From Eledone cirrhosa (taxonomy: Eukaryota), in the NCBI GenBank assembly GCA_964016885.1, contig OZ024743.1:233554001-233618000 (forward strand): 64,000 nt of DNA. Direction: 5' to 3'. This document shows, piece after piece, positions 23,901 to 38,700 of the stretch (its first letter is position 1; each line of letters starts with the position of its first letter). The notes beneath the pieces were generated by a model. The model had not been told where the DNA came from, did no database searches, and worked only from the letters and a program-made list of their open reading frames with translations. Made by a program: the position numbers and the translations under genes.

Positions 23901-26900
23901 AATTCACGCCACACATAGCCAATGAGTGTCTGCACAGGTACCAGTAATTACAGATCGATCCGACCACGGGCGGCCGGTTTGCGATTGAAAAGGTAACTCC
24001 GCCGGCAAATCGTCATTTTTGGATTCGTTTTCTTCGAAGCACACCATTCGCCGGCTGACTTTGTTGACGTTTAACACGGTTTGGTTCCACAGCCACAACT
24101 ATTGATTTTAAGGAGATATCTTGCTGAAATTCACGCCACACATAGCCAATGAGTGTCTGCACAGGTACCAGTAATTACAGATCGATCCGACCACGGGCGG
24201 CCGGCCCGCGATTGAAAAGGTAACTCCGCCGTCAAATCGTCATTTTTGGATTCGTTTTCTTCGAAGCACACCATTCGCCGGCGGACTTTGTTGACGTTTA
24301 ACACGGTTTGGTTCCACAGCCACAACTATTGATTTTACGGAGATATCTTGCTGAAATTCACGCCACACATAGCCAATGAGTGTCTGCACATGTACCAGTA
24401 ATTACAGATCGATCCGACCACGGGCGGCCGGCCCGCGATAGGAAAGGTAACTCCGCCGGCAAATCGTCATTTTTGGATTCGTTTTCTTCGAAGCACACCA
24501 TTCGCCGGCGGACTTTGTTGACGTTTAACACGGTTTGGTTCCACAGCCACAACTATTGATTTTACGGAGATATCTTGCTGAAATTCACGCCACACATAGC
24601 CAATGAGTGTCTGCACATGTATCAGTAATTACAGATCGATCCGACCACGGGCGGCCGGCCCGCGATTGAAAAGGTAACTCCGCCGGCAAATCGTCATTTT
24701 TGGATTCGTTTTCTTCGAAGCACACCATTCGCCGGCGGACTTTGTTGACGTTTAACACGGTTTGGTTCCACAGCCACAACTATTGATTTTACGGAGATAT
24801 CTTGCTGAAATTCACGCCACACATAGCCAATGAGTGTCTGCACATGTACCAGTAATTACAGATCGATCCGACCACGGCCGGCCGGCCCGCGATTGAAAAG
24901 GTAACTCCGCCGGCAAATCGTCATTTTTGGATTCGTTTTCTTCGAAGCACACCATTCGCCGGCGGACTTTGTTGACGTTTAACACGGTTTGGTTCCACAG
25001 CCACAACTATTGATTTTACGGAGATATCTTGCTGAAATTCACGCCACACATAGCCAATGAGTGTCTGCACATGTACCAGTAATTACAGATCGATCCGACC
25101 ACGGGCGGCCGGCCCGCGATTGAAAAGGTAACTCCGCCGGCAAATCGTCAATTTTGGATTCGTTTTCTTCGAAGCACACCATTCGCCGGCGGACTTTGTT
25201 GACGTTTAACACGGTTTGGTTCCACAGCCACAACTATTGATTTTACGGAGATATCTTGCTGAAATTCACGCCACACATAGCCAATGAGTGTCTGCACATG
25301 TATCAGTAATTACAGATCGATCCGACCACGGGCGGCCGGCCCGCGATTGAAAAGGTAACTCCGCCGGCAAATCGTCATTTTTGGATTCGTTTTCTTCGAA
25401 GCACACCATTCGCCGGCGGACTTTGTTGACGTTTAACACGGTTTGGTTCCACAGCCACAACTATTGATTTTACGGAGATATCTTGCTGAAATTCACGCCA
25501 CACATAGCCAATGAGTGTCTGCACATGTACCAGTAATTACAGATCGATCCGACCACGGGCGGCCGGTTTGCGATTGAAAAGGTAACTCCGCCGGCAAATC
25601 GTCATTTTTGGATTCGTTTTCTTCGAAGCACACCATTCGCCGGCGGACTTTGTTGACGTTTAACACGGTTTGGTTCCACAGCCACAACTATTGATTTTAC
25701 GGAGATATCTTGCTGAAATTCACGCCACACATAGCCAATGAGTGTCTGCACATGTACCAGTAATTACAGATCGATCCGACCACGGGCGGTCGGTTTGCGA
25801 TTGAAAAGGTAACTCCGCCGGCAAATCGTCATTTTTGGATTCGTTTTCTTCGAAGCACACCATTCGCCAGCTGACTTTGTTGACGTTTAACACGGTTTGG
25901 TTCCACAGCCACAACTATTGATTTTAAGGAGATATCTTGCTGAAATTCACGCCACACATAGCCAATGAGTGTCTGCACAGGTACCAGTAATTACAGATCG
26001 ATCCGACCACGGGCGGCCGGTTTGCGATTGAAAAGGTAACTCCGCCGGCAAATCGTCATTTTTGGATTCGTTTTCTTCGAAGCACACCATTCGCCGGCGG
26101 ACTTTGTTGACGTTTAACACGGTTTGGTTCCACAGCCACAACTATTGATTTTACGGAGATATCTTGCTGAAATTCACGCCACACATAGCCAATGAGTGTC
26201 TGCACATGTACCAGTAATTACAGATCGATCCGACCACGGGCGGTCGGTTTGCGATTGAAAAGGTAACTCCGCCGGCAAATCGTCATTTTTGGATTCGTTT
26301 TCTTCGAAGCACACCATTCGCCAGCTGACTTTGTTGACGTTTAACACGGTTTGGTTCCACAGCCACAACTATTGATTTTAAGGAGATATCTTGCTGAAAT
26401 TCACGCCACACATAGCCAATGAGTGTCTGCACAGGTACCAGTAATTACAGATCGATCCGACCACGGGCGGCCGGTTTGCGATTGAAAAGGTAACTCCGCC
26501 GGCAAATCGTCATTTTTGGATTCGTTTTCTTCGAAGCACACCATTCGCCGGCTGACTTTGTTGACGTTTAACACGGTTTGGTTCCACAGCCACAACTATT
26601 GATTTTAAGGAGATATCTTGCTGAAATTCACGCCACACATAGCCAATGAGTGTCTGCACAGGTACCAGTAATTACAGATCGATCCGACCACGGGCGGCCG
26701 GCCCGCGATTGAAAAGGTAACTCCGCCGGCAAATCGTCATTTTTGGATTCGTTTTCTTCGAAGCACACCATTCGCCGGCGGACTTTGTTGACGTTTAACA
26801 CGGTTTGGTTCCACAGCCACAACTATTGATTTTACGGAGATATCTTGCTGAAATTCACGCCACACATAGCCAATGAGTGTCTGCACATGTACCAGTAATT

Positions 26901-29900
26901 ACAGATCGATCCGACCACGGGCGGCCGGCCCGCGATAGGAAAGGTAACTCCGCCGGCAAATCGTCATTTTTGGATTCGTTTTCTTCGAAGCACACCATTC
27001 GCCGGCGGACTTTGTTGACGTTTAACACGGTTTGGTTCCACAGCCACAACTATTGATTTTACGGAGATATCTTGCTGAAATTCACGCCACACATAGCCAA
27101 TGAGTGTCTGCACATGTATCAGTAATTACAGATCGATCCGACCACGGGCGGCCGGCCCGCGATTGAAAAGGTAACTCCGCCGGCAAATCGTCATTTTTGG
27201 ATTCGTTTTCTTCGAAGCACACCATTCGCCGGCGGACTTTGCTGACGTTTAACACGGTTTGGTTCCACAGCCACAACTATTGATTTTACGGAGATATCTT
27301 GCTGAAATTCACGCCACACATAGCCAATGTGTGTCTGCACATGTACCAGTAATTACAGATCGATCCGACCACGGGCGGCCGGCCCGCGATTGAAAAGGTA
27401 ACTCCGCCGGCAAATCGTCATTTTTGGATTCGTTTTCTTCGAAGCACACCATTCGCCGGCGGACTTTGTTGACGTTTAACACGGTTTGGTTCCACAGCCA
27501 CAACTATTGATTTTACGGAGATATCTTGCTGAAATTCACGCCACACATAGCCAATGAGTGTCTGCACATGTACCAGTAATTACAGATCGATCCGACCACG
27601 GGCGGCCGGCCCGCGATTGAAAAGGTAACTCCGCCGGCAAATCGTCATTTTTGGATTCGTTTTCTTCGAAGCACACCATTCGCCGGCGGACTTTGTTGAC
27701 GTTTAACACGGTTTGGTTCCACAGCCACAACTATTGATTTTACGGAGATATCTTGCTGAAATTCACGCCACACATAGCCAATGAGTGTCTGCACATGTAC
27801 CAGTAATTACAGATCGATCCGACCACGGCCGGCCGGCCCGCGATTGAAAAGGTAACTCCGCCGGCAAATCGTCATTTTTGGATTCGTTTTCTTCGAAGCA
27901 CACCATTCGCCGGCGGACTTTGTTGACGTTTAACACGGTTTGGTTCCACAGCCACAACTATTGATTTTACGGAGATATCTTGCTGAAATTCACGCCACAC
28001 ATAGCCAATGAGTGTCTGCACATGTACCAGTAATTACAGATCGATCCGACCACGGGCGGCCGGCCCGCGATTGAAAAGGTAACTCCGCCGGCAAATCGTC
28101 AATTTTGGATTCGTTTTCTTCGAAGCACACCATTCGCCGGCGGACTTTGTTGACGTTTAACACGGTTTGGTTCCACAGCCACAACTATTGATTTTACGGA
28201 GATATCTTGCTGAAATTCACGCCACACATAGCCAATGAGTGTCTGCACATGTATCAGTAATTACAGATCGATCCGACCACGGGCGGCCGGCCCGCGATTG
28301 AAAAGGTAACTCCGCTGGCAAATCGTCATTTTTGGATTCGTTTTCTTCGAAGCACACCATTCGCCGGCGGACTTTGTTGACGTTTAACACGGTTTGGTTC
28401 CACAGCCACAACTATTGATTTTACGGAGATATCTTGCTGAAATTCACGCCACACATAGCCAATGAGTGTCTGCACATGTACCAGTAATTACAGATCGATC
28501 CGACCACGGGCGGCCGGTTTGCGATTGAAAAGGTAACTCCGCCGGCAAATCGTCATTTTTGGATTCGTTTTCTTCGAAGCACACCATTCGCCGGCGGACT
28601 TTGTTGACGTTTAACACGGTTTGGTTCCACAGCCACAACTATTGATTTTACGGAGATATCTTGCTGAAATTCACGCCACACATAGCCAATGAGTGTCTGC
28701 ACATGTACCAGTAATTACAGATCGATCCGACCACGGGCGGTCGGTTTGCGATTGAAAAGGTAACTCCGCCGGCAAATCGTCATTTTTGGATTCGTTTTCT
28801 TCGAAGCACACCATTCGCCAGCTGACTTTGTTGACGTTTAACACGGTTTGGTTCCACAGCCACAACTATTGATTTTAAGGAGATATCTTGCTGAAATTCA
28901 CGCCACACATAGCCAATGAGTGTCTGCACAGGTACCAGTAATTACAGATCGATCCGACCACGGGCGGCCGGTTTGCGATTGAAAAGGTAACTCCGCCGGC
29001 AAATCGTCATTTTTGGATTCGTTTTCTTCGAAGCACACCATTCGCCGGCGGACTTTGTTGACGTTTAACACGGTTTGGTTCCACAGCCACAACTATTGAT
29101 TTTACGGAGATATCTTGCTGAAATTCACGCCACACATAGCCAATGAGTGTCTGCACATGTACCAGTAATTACAGATCGATCCGACCACGGGCGGCCGGCC
29201 CGCGATTGAAAAGGTAACTCCGCCGGCAAATCGTCATTTTTGGATTCGTTTTCTTCGAAGCACACCATTCGCCGGCGGACTTTGTTGACGTTTAACACGG
29301 TTTGGTTCCACAGCCACAACTATTGATTTTACGGAGATATCTTGCTGAAATTCACGCCACACATAGCCAATGAGTGTCTGCACATGTACCAGTAATTACA
29401 GATCGATCCGACCACGGCCGGCCGGCCCGCGATTGAAAAGGTAACTCCGCCGGCAAATCGTCATTTTTGGATTCGTTTTCTTCGAAGCACACCATTCGCC
29501 GGCGGACTTTGTTGACGTTTAACACGGTTTGGTTCCACAGCCACAACTATTGATTTTACGGAGATATCTTGCTGAAATTCACGCCACACATAGCCAATGA
29601 GTGTCTGCACATGTACCAGTAATTACAGATCGATCCGACCACGGGCGGCCGGCCCGCGATTGAAAAGGTAACTCCGCCGGCAAATCGTCAATTTTGGATT
29701 CGTTTTCTTCGAAGCACACCATTCGCCGGCGGACTTTGTTGACGTTTAACACGGTTTGGTTCCACAGCCACAACTATTGATTTTACGGAGATATCTTGCT
29801 GAAATTCACGCCACACATAGCCAATGAGTGTCTGCACATGTACCAGTAATTACAGATCGATCCGACCACGGGCGGTCGGTTTGCGATTGAAAAGGTAACT

Positions 29901-32756
29901 CCGCCGGCAAATCGTCATTTTTGGATTCGTTTTCTTCGAAGCACACCATTCGCCGGCGGACTTTGTTGACGTTTAACACGGTTTGGTTCCACAGCCACAA
30001 CTATTGATTTTACGGAGATATCTTGCTGAAATTCACGCCACACATAGCCAATGAGTGTCTGCACATGTATCAGTAATTACAGATCGATCCGACCACGGGC
30101 GGCCGGCCCGCGATTGAAAAGGTAACTCCGCCGGCAAATCGTCATTTTTGGATTCGTTTTCTTCGAAGCACACCATTCGCCGGCGGACTTTGTTGACGTT
30201 TAACACGGTTTGGTTCCACAGCCACAACTATTGATTTTACGGAGATATCTTGCTGAAATTCACGCCACACATAGCCAATGAGTGTCTGCACATGTACCAG
30301 TAATTACAGATCGATCCGACCACGGGCGGCCGGTTTGCGATTGAAAAGGTAACTCCGCCGGCAAATCGTCATTTTTGGATTCGTTTTCTTCGAAGCACAC
30401 CATTCGCCGGCGGACTTTGTTGACGTTTAACACGGTTTGGTTCCACAGCCACAACTATTGATTTTAAGGAGATATCTTGCTGAAATTCACGCCACACATA
30501 GCCAATGAGTGTCTGCACAGGTACCAGTAATTACAGATCGATCCGACCACGGGCGGCCGGTTTGCGATTGAAAAGGTAACTCCGCCGGCAAATCGTCATT
30601 TTTGGATTCGTTTTCTTCGAAGCACACCATTCGCCGGCGGACTTTGTTGACGTTTAACACGGTTTGGTTCCACAGCCACAACTATTGATTTTACGGAGAT
30701 ATCTTGCTGAAATTCACGCCACACATAGCCAATGAGTGTCTGCACATGTACCAGTAATTACAGATCGATCCGACCACGGGCGGCCGGCCCGCGATTGAAA
30801 AGGTAACTCCGCCGGCAAATCGTCATTTTTGGATTCGTTTTCTTCGAAGCACACCATTCGCCGGCGGACTTTGTTGACGTTTAACACGGTTTGGTTCCAC
30901 AGCCACAACTATTGATTTTACGGAGATATCTTGCTGAAATTCACGCCACACATAGCCAATGAGTGTCTGCACATGTACCAGTAATTACAGATCGATCCGA
31001 CCACGGCCGGCCGGCCCGCGATTGAAAAGGTAACTCCGCCGGCAAATCGTCATTTTTGGATTCGTTTTCTTCGAAGCACACCATTCGCCGGCGGACTTTG
31101 TTGACGTTTAACACGGTTTGGTTCCACAGCCACAACTATTGATTTTACGGAGATATCTTGCTGAAATTCACGCCACACATAGCCAATGAGTGTCTGCACA
31201 TGTACCAGTAATTACAGATCGATCCGACCACGGGCGGCCGGCCCGCGATTGAAAAGGTAACTCCGCCGGCAAATCGTCAATTTTGGATTCGTTTTCTTCG
31301 AAGCACACCATTCGCCGGCGGACTTTGTTGACGTTTAACACGGTTTGGTTCCACAGCCACAACTATTGATTTTACGGAGATATCTTGCTGAAATTCACGC
31401 CACACATAGCCAATGAGTGTCTGCACATGTACCAGTAATTACAGATCGATCCGACCACGGGCGGTCGGTTTGCGATTGAAAAGGTAACTCCGCCGGCAAA
31501 TCGTCATTTTTGGATTCGTTTTCTTCGAAGCACACCATTCGCCGGCGGACTTTGTTGACGTTTAACACGGTTTGGTTCCACAGCCACAACTATTGATTTT
31601 ACGGAGATATCTTGCTGAAATTCACGCCACACATAGCCAATGAGTGTCTGCACATGTATCAGTAATTACAGATCGATCCGACCACGGGCGGCCGGCCCGC
31701 GATTGAAAAGGTAACTCCGCCGGCAAATCGTCATTTTTGGATTCGTTTTCTTCGAAGCACACCATTCGCCGGCGGACTTTGTTGACGTTTAACACGGTTT
31801 GGTTCCACAGCCACAACTATTGATTTTACGGAGATATCTTGCTGAAATTCACGCCACACATAGCCAATGAGTGTCTGCACATGTATCAGTAATTACAGAT
31901 CGATCCGACCACGGGCGGCCGGCCCGCGATTGAAAAGGTAACTCCGCCGGCAAATCGTCATTTTTGGATTCGTTTTCTTCGAAGCACACCATTCGCCGGC
32001 GGACTTTGTTGACGTTTAACACGGTTTGGTTCCACAGCCACAACTATTGATTTTACGGAGATATCTTGCTGAAATTCACGCCACACATAGCCAATGAGTG
32101 TCTGCACATGTACCAGTAATTACAGATCGATCCGACCACGGGCGGCCGGTTTGCGATTGAAAAGGTAACTCCGCCGGCAAATCGTCATTTTTGGATTCGT
32201 TTTCTTCGAAGCACACCATTCGCCGGCGGACTTTGTTGACGTTTAACACGGTTTGGTTCCACAGCCACAACTATTGATTTTACGGAGATATCTTGCTGAA
32301 ATTCACGCCACACATAGCCAATGAGTGTCTGCACATGTACCAGTAATTACAGATCGATCCGACCACGGGCGGCCGGCCCGCGATAGGAAAGGTAACTCCG
32401 CCGGCAAATCGTCATTTTTGGATTCGTTTTCTTCGAAGCACACCATTCGCCGGCGGACTTTGTTGACGTTTAACACGGTTTGGTTCCACAGCCACAACTA
32501 TTGATTTTACGGAGATATCTTGCTGAAATTCACGCCACACATAGCCAATGAGTGTCTGCACATGTATCAGTAATTACAGATCGATCCGACCACGGGCGGC
32601 CGGCCCGCGATTGAAAAGGTAACTCCGCCGGCAAATCGTCATTTTTGGATTCGTTTTCTTCGAAGCACACCATTCGCCGGCGGACTTTGTTGACGTTTAA
32701 CACGGTTTGGTTCCACAGCCACAACTATTGATTTTACGGAGATATCTTGCTGAAAT
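20953..32756 (-). repeat. Higher-order domain 1 (irregular 7/10/13-monomer spacing)
   Basis: The marker pair (CACGGCC unit followed by GTCAATTTT unit) recurs at 20953, 22542, 24812, 27763, 29352 and 30941. A 12-unit string at 20953-23676 is repeated at 27763-30486. Confidence 0.8.
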
Positions 32757-35700
32757 TCACGCCACACATAGCCAATGAGTGTCTGCACATGTACAAGTAA
32801 TTACAGATCGATCCGACCACGGGCGGCCGACCCGCGATTGAAAAGGTAACTCCGCCGGCAAATCGTCATTTTTGGATTCGTTTTCTTCGAAGCACACCAT
32901 TCGCCGGCGGACTTTGTTGACGTTTAACACGGTTTGGTTCCACAGCCACAACTATTGATTTTACGGAGATATCTTGCTGAAATTCACGCCACACATAGCC
33001 AATGAGTGTCTGCACATGTACCAGTAATTACAGATCGATCCGACCACGGGCGGCCGGCCCGCGATTGAAAAGGTAACTCCGCCGGCAAATCGTCATTTTT
33101 GGATTCGTTTTCTTCGAAGCACACCATTCGCCGGCGGACTTTGTTGACGTTTAACACGGTTTGGTTCCACAGCCACAACTATTGATTTTACGGAGATATC
33201 TTGCTGAAATTCACGCCACACATAGCCAATGAGTGTCCGCACATGTACCAGTAATTACAGATCGATCCGACCACGGGCGGTCGGTTTGCGATTGAAAAGC
33301 TAACTCCGCCGGCAAATCGTCATTTTTGGATTCGTTTTCTTCGAAGCACACCATTCGCCGGCTGACTTTGTTGACGTTTAACACGGTTTGGTTCCACAGC
33401 CACAACTATTGATTTTACGGAGATATCTTGCTGAAATTCACGCCACACATAGCCAATGAGTGTCTGCACATGTACCAGTAATTACAGATCGATCCGACCA
33501 CGGGCGGTCGGTTTGCGATTGAAAAGGTAACTCCGCCGGCAAATCGTCATTTTTGGATTCGTTTTCTTCGAAGCACACCATTCGCCGGCGGACTTTGTTG
33601 ACGTTTAACACGGTTTGGTTCCACAGCCACAACTATTGATTTTACGGAGATATCTTGCTGAAATTCACGCCACACATAGCCAATGAGTGTCTGCACATGT
33701 ATCAGTAATTACAGATCGATCCGACCACGGGCGGCCGGCCCGCGATTGAAAAGGTAACTCCGCCGGCAAATCGTCATTTTTGGATTCGTTTTCTTCGAAG
33801 CACACCATTCGCCGGCGGACTTTGTTGACGTTTAACACGGTTTGGTTCCACAGCCACAACTATTGATTTTACGGAGATATCTTGCTGAAATTCACGCCAC
33901 ACATAGCCAATGAGTGTCTGCACATGTACAAGTAATTACAGATCGATCCGACCACGGGCGGCCGGCCCGCGATTGAAAAGGTAACTCCGCCGGCAAATCG
34001 TCATTTTTGGATTCGTTTTCTTCGAAGCACACCATTCGCCGGCGGACTTTGTTGACGTTTAACACGGTTTGGTTCCACAGCCACAACTATTGATTTTACG
34101 GAGATATCTTGCTGAAATTCACGCCACACATAGCCAATGAGTGTCTGCACATGTACCAGTAATTACAGATCGATCCGACCACGGGCGGCCGGCCCGCGAT
34201 TGAAAAGGTAACTCCGCCGGCAAATCGTCATTTTTGGATTCGTTTTCTTCGAAGCACACCATTCGCCGGCGGACTTTGTTGACGTTTAACACGGTTTGGT
34301 TCCACAGCCACAACTATTGATTTTACGGAGATATCTTGCTGAAATTCACGCCACACATAGCCAATGAGTGTCTGCACATGTACAAGTAATTACAGATCGA
34401 TCCGACCACGGGCGGCCGGCCCGCGATTGAAAAGGTAACTCCGCCGGCAAATCGTCATTTTTGGATTCGTTTTCTTCGAAGCACACCATTCGCCGGCGGA
34501 CTTTGTTGACGTTTAACACGGTTTGGTTCCACAGCCACAACTATTGATTTTACGGAGATATCTTGCTGAAATTCACGCCACACATAGCCAATGAGTCTCT
34601 GCACATGTACCATTAATTACAGATCGATCCGACCACGGGCGGTCGGTTTGCGATTGAAAAGGTAACTCCGCCGGCAAATCGTCATTTTTGGATTCGTTTT
34701 CTTCGAAGCACACCATTCGCCGGCTGACTTTGTTGACGTTTAACACGGTTTGGTTCCACAGCCACAACTATTGATTTTAAGGAGATATCTTGCTGAAATT
34801 CACGCCACACATAGCCAATGAGTGTCTGCACAGGTACCAGTAATTACAGATCGATCCGACCACGGGCGGCCGGCCCGCGATTGAAAAGGTAACTCCGCCG
34901 GCAAATCGTCATTTTTGGATTCGTTTTCTTCGAAGCACACCATTCGCCGGCGGACTTTGTTGACGTTTAACACGGTTTGGTTCCACAGCCACAACTATTG
35001 ATTTTACGTAGATATCTTGCTGAAATTCACGCCACACATAGCCAATGAGTGTCTGCACATGTACCAGTAATTACAGATCGATCCGACCACGGCCGGCCGG
35101 CCCGCGATTGAAAAGGTAACTCCGCCGGCAAATCGTCATTTTTGGATTCGTTTTCTTCGAAGCACACCATTCGCCGGCGGACTTTGTTGACGTTTAACAC
35201 GGTTTGGTTCCACAGCCACAACTATTGATTTTACGGAGATATCTTGCTGAAATTCACGCCACACATAGCCAATGAGTGTCTGCACATGTACCAGTAATTA
35301 CAGATCGATCCGACCACGGGCGGCCGGCCCGCGATTGAAAAGGTAACTCCGCCGGCAAATCGTCATTTTTGGATTCGTTTTCTTCGAAGCACACCATTCG
35401 CCGGCGGACTTTGTTGACGTTTAACACGGTTTGGTTCCACAGCCACAACTATTGATTTTACGGAGATATCTTGCTGAAATTCACGCCACACATAGCCAAT
35501 GAGTGTCCGCACATGTACCAGTAATTACAGATCGATCCGACCACGGGCGGTCGGTTTGCGATTGAAAAGGTAACTCCGCCGGCAAATCGTCATTTTTGGA
35601 TTCGTTTTCTTCGAAGCACACCATTCGCCGGCTGACTTTGTTGACGTTTAACACGGTTTGGTTCCACAGCCACAACTATTGATTTTACGGAGATATCTTG

Positions 35701-38700
35701 CTGAAATTCACGCCACACATAGCCAATGAGTGTCTGCACATGTACAAGTAATTACAGATCGATCCGACCACGGGCGGCCGACCCGCGATTGAAAAGGTAA
35801 CTCCGCCGGCAAATCGTCATTTTTGGATTCGTTTTCTTCGAAGCACACCATTCGCCGGCGGACTTTGTTGACGTTTAACACGGTTTGGTTCCACAGCCAC
35901 AACTATTGATTTTACGGAGATATCTTGCTGAAATTCACGCCACACATAGCCAATGAGTGTCTGCACATGTACCAGTAATTACAGATCGATCCGACCACGG
36001 GCGGCCGGCCCGCGATTGAAAAGGTAACTCCGCCGGCAAATCGTCATTTTTGGATTCGTTTTCTTCGAAGCACACCATTCGCCGGCGGACTTTGTTGACG
36101 TTTAACACGGTTTGGTTCCACAGCCACAACTATTGATTTTACGGAGATATCTTGCTGAAATTCACGCCACACATAGCCAATGAGTGTCCGCACATGTACC
36201 AGTAATTACAGATCGATCCGACCACGGGCGGTCGGTTTGCGATTGAAAAGCTAACTCCGCCGGCAAATCGTCATTTTTGGATTCGTTTTCTTCGAAGCAC
36301 ACCATTCGCCGGCTGACTTTGTTGACGTTTAACACGGTTTGGTTCCACAGCCACAACTATTGATTTTACGGAGATATCTTGCTGAAATTCACGCCACACA
36401 TAGCCAATGAGTGTCTGCACATGTACCAGTAATTACAGATCGATCCGACCACGGGCGGTCGGTTTGCGATTGAAAAGGTAACTCCGCCGGCAAATCGTCA
36501 TTTTTGGATTCGTTTTCTTCGAAGCACACCATTCGCCGGCGGACTTTGTTGACGTTTAACACGGTTTGGTTCCACAGCCACAACTATTGATTTTACGGAG
36601 ATATCTTGCTGAAATTCACGCCACACATAGCCAATGAGTGTCTGCACATGTATCAGTAATTACAGATCGATCCGACCACGGGCGGCCGGCCCGCGATTGA
36701 AAAGGTAACTCCGCCGGCAAATCGTCATTTTTGGATTCGTTTTCTTCGAAGCACACCATTCGCCGGCGGACTTTGTTGACGTTTAACACGGTTTGGTTCC
36801 ACAGCCACAACTATTGATTTTACGGAGATATCTTGCTGAAATTCACGCCACACATAGCCAATGAGTGTCTGCACATGTACAAGTAATTACAGATCGATCC
36901 GACCACGGGCGGCCGGCCCGCGATTGAAAAGGTAACTCCGCCGGCAAATCGTCATTTTTGGATTCGTTTTCTTCGAAGCACACCATTCGCCGGCGGACTT
37001 TGTTGACGTTTAACACGGTTTGGTTCCACAGCCACAACTATTGATTTTACGGAGATATCTTGCTGAAATTCACGCCACACATAGCCAATGAGTGTCTGCA
37101 CATGTACCAGTAATTACAGATCGATCCGACCACGGGCGGCCGGCCCGCGATTGAAAAGGTAACTCCGCCGGCAAATCGTCATTTTTGGATTCGTTTTCTT
37201 CGAAGCACACCATTCGCCGGCGGACTTTGTTGACGTTTAACACGGTTTGGTTCCACAGCCACAACTATTGATTTTACGGAGATATCTTGCTGAAATTCAC
37301 GCCACACATAGCCAATGAGTGTCTGCACATGTACCAGTAATTACAGATCGATCCGACCACGGGCGGCCGGCCCGCGATTGAAAAGGTAACTCCGCCGGCA
37401 AATCGTCATTTTTGGATTCGTTTTCTTCGAAGCACACTATTCGCCGGCGGACTTTGTTGACGTTTAACACGGTTTGGTTCCACAGCCACAACTATTGATT
37501 GTACGGAGATATCTTGCTGAAATTCACGCCACACATAGCCAATGAGTGTCTGCACATGTACCAGTAATTACAGATCGATCCGACCACGGCCGGCCGGCCC
37601 GCGATTGAAAAGGTAACTCCGCCGGCAAATCGTCATTTTTGGATTCGTTTTCTTCGAAGCACACCATTCGCCGGCGGACTTTGTTGACGTTTAACACGGT
37701 TTGGTTCCACAGCCACAACTATTGATTTTACGGAGATATCTTGCTGAAATTCACGCCACACATAGCCAATGAGTGTCTGCACATGTACAAGTAATTACAG
37801 ATCGATCCGACCACGGGCGGCCGGCCCGCGATTGAAAAGGTAACTCCGCCGGCAAATCGTCATTTTTGGATTCGTTTTCTTCGAAGCACACCATTCGCCG
37901 GCGGACTTTGTTGACGTTTAACACGGTTTGGTTCCACAGCCACAACTATTGATTTTACGGAGATATCTTGCTGAAATTCACGCCACACATAGCCAATGAG
38001 TCTCTGCACATGTACCATTAATTACAGATCGATCCGACCACGGGCGGTCGGTTTGCGATTGAAAAGGTAACTCCGCCGGCAAATCGTCATTTTTGGATTC
38101 GTTTTCTTCGAAGCACACCATTCGCCGGCTGACTTTGTTGACGTTTAACACGGTTTGGTTCCACAGCCACAACTATTGATTTTAAGGAGATATCTTGCTG
38201 AAATTCACGCCACACATAGCCAATGAGTGTCTGCACAGGTACCAGTAATTACAGATCGATCCGACCACGGGCGGCCGGCCCGCGATTGAAAAGGTAACTC
38301 CGCCGGCAAATCGTCATTTTTGGATTCGTTTTCTTCGAAGCACACCATTCGCCGGCGGACTTTGTTGACGTTTAACACGGTTTGGTTCCACAGCCACAAC
38401 TATTGATTTTACGGAGATATCTTGCTGAAATTCACGCCACACATAGCCAATGAGTCTCTGCACATGTACCATTAATTACAGATCGATCCGACCACGGGCG
38501 GTCGGTTTGCGATTGAAAAGGTAACTCCGCCGGCAAATCGTCATTTTTGGATTCGTTTTCTTCGAAGCACACCATTCGCCGGCTGACTTTGTTGACGTTT
38601 AACACGGTTTGGTTCCACAGCCACAACTATTGATTTTAAGGAGATATCTTGCTGAAATTCACGCCACACATAGCCAATGAGTGTCTGCACAGGTACCAGT

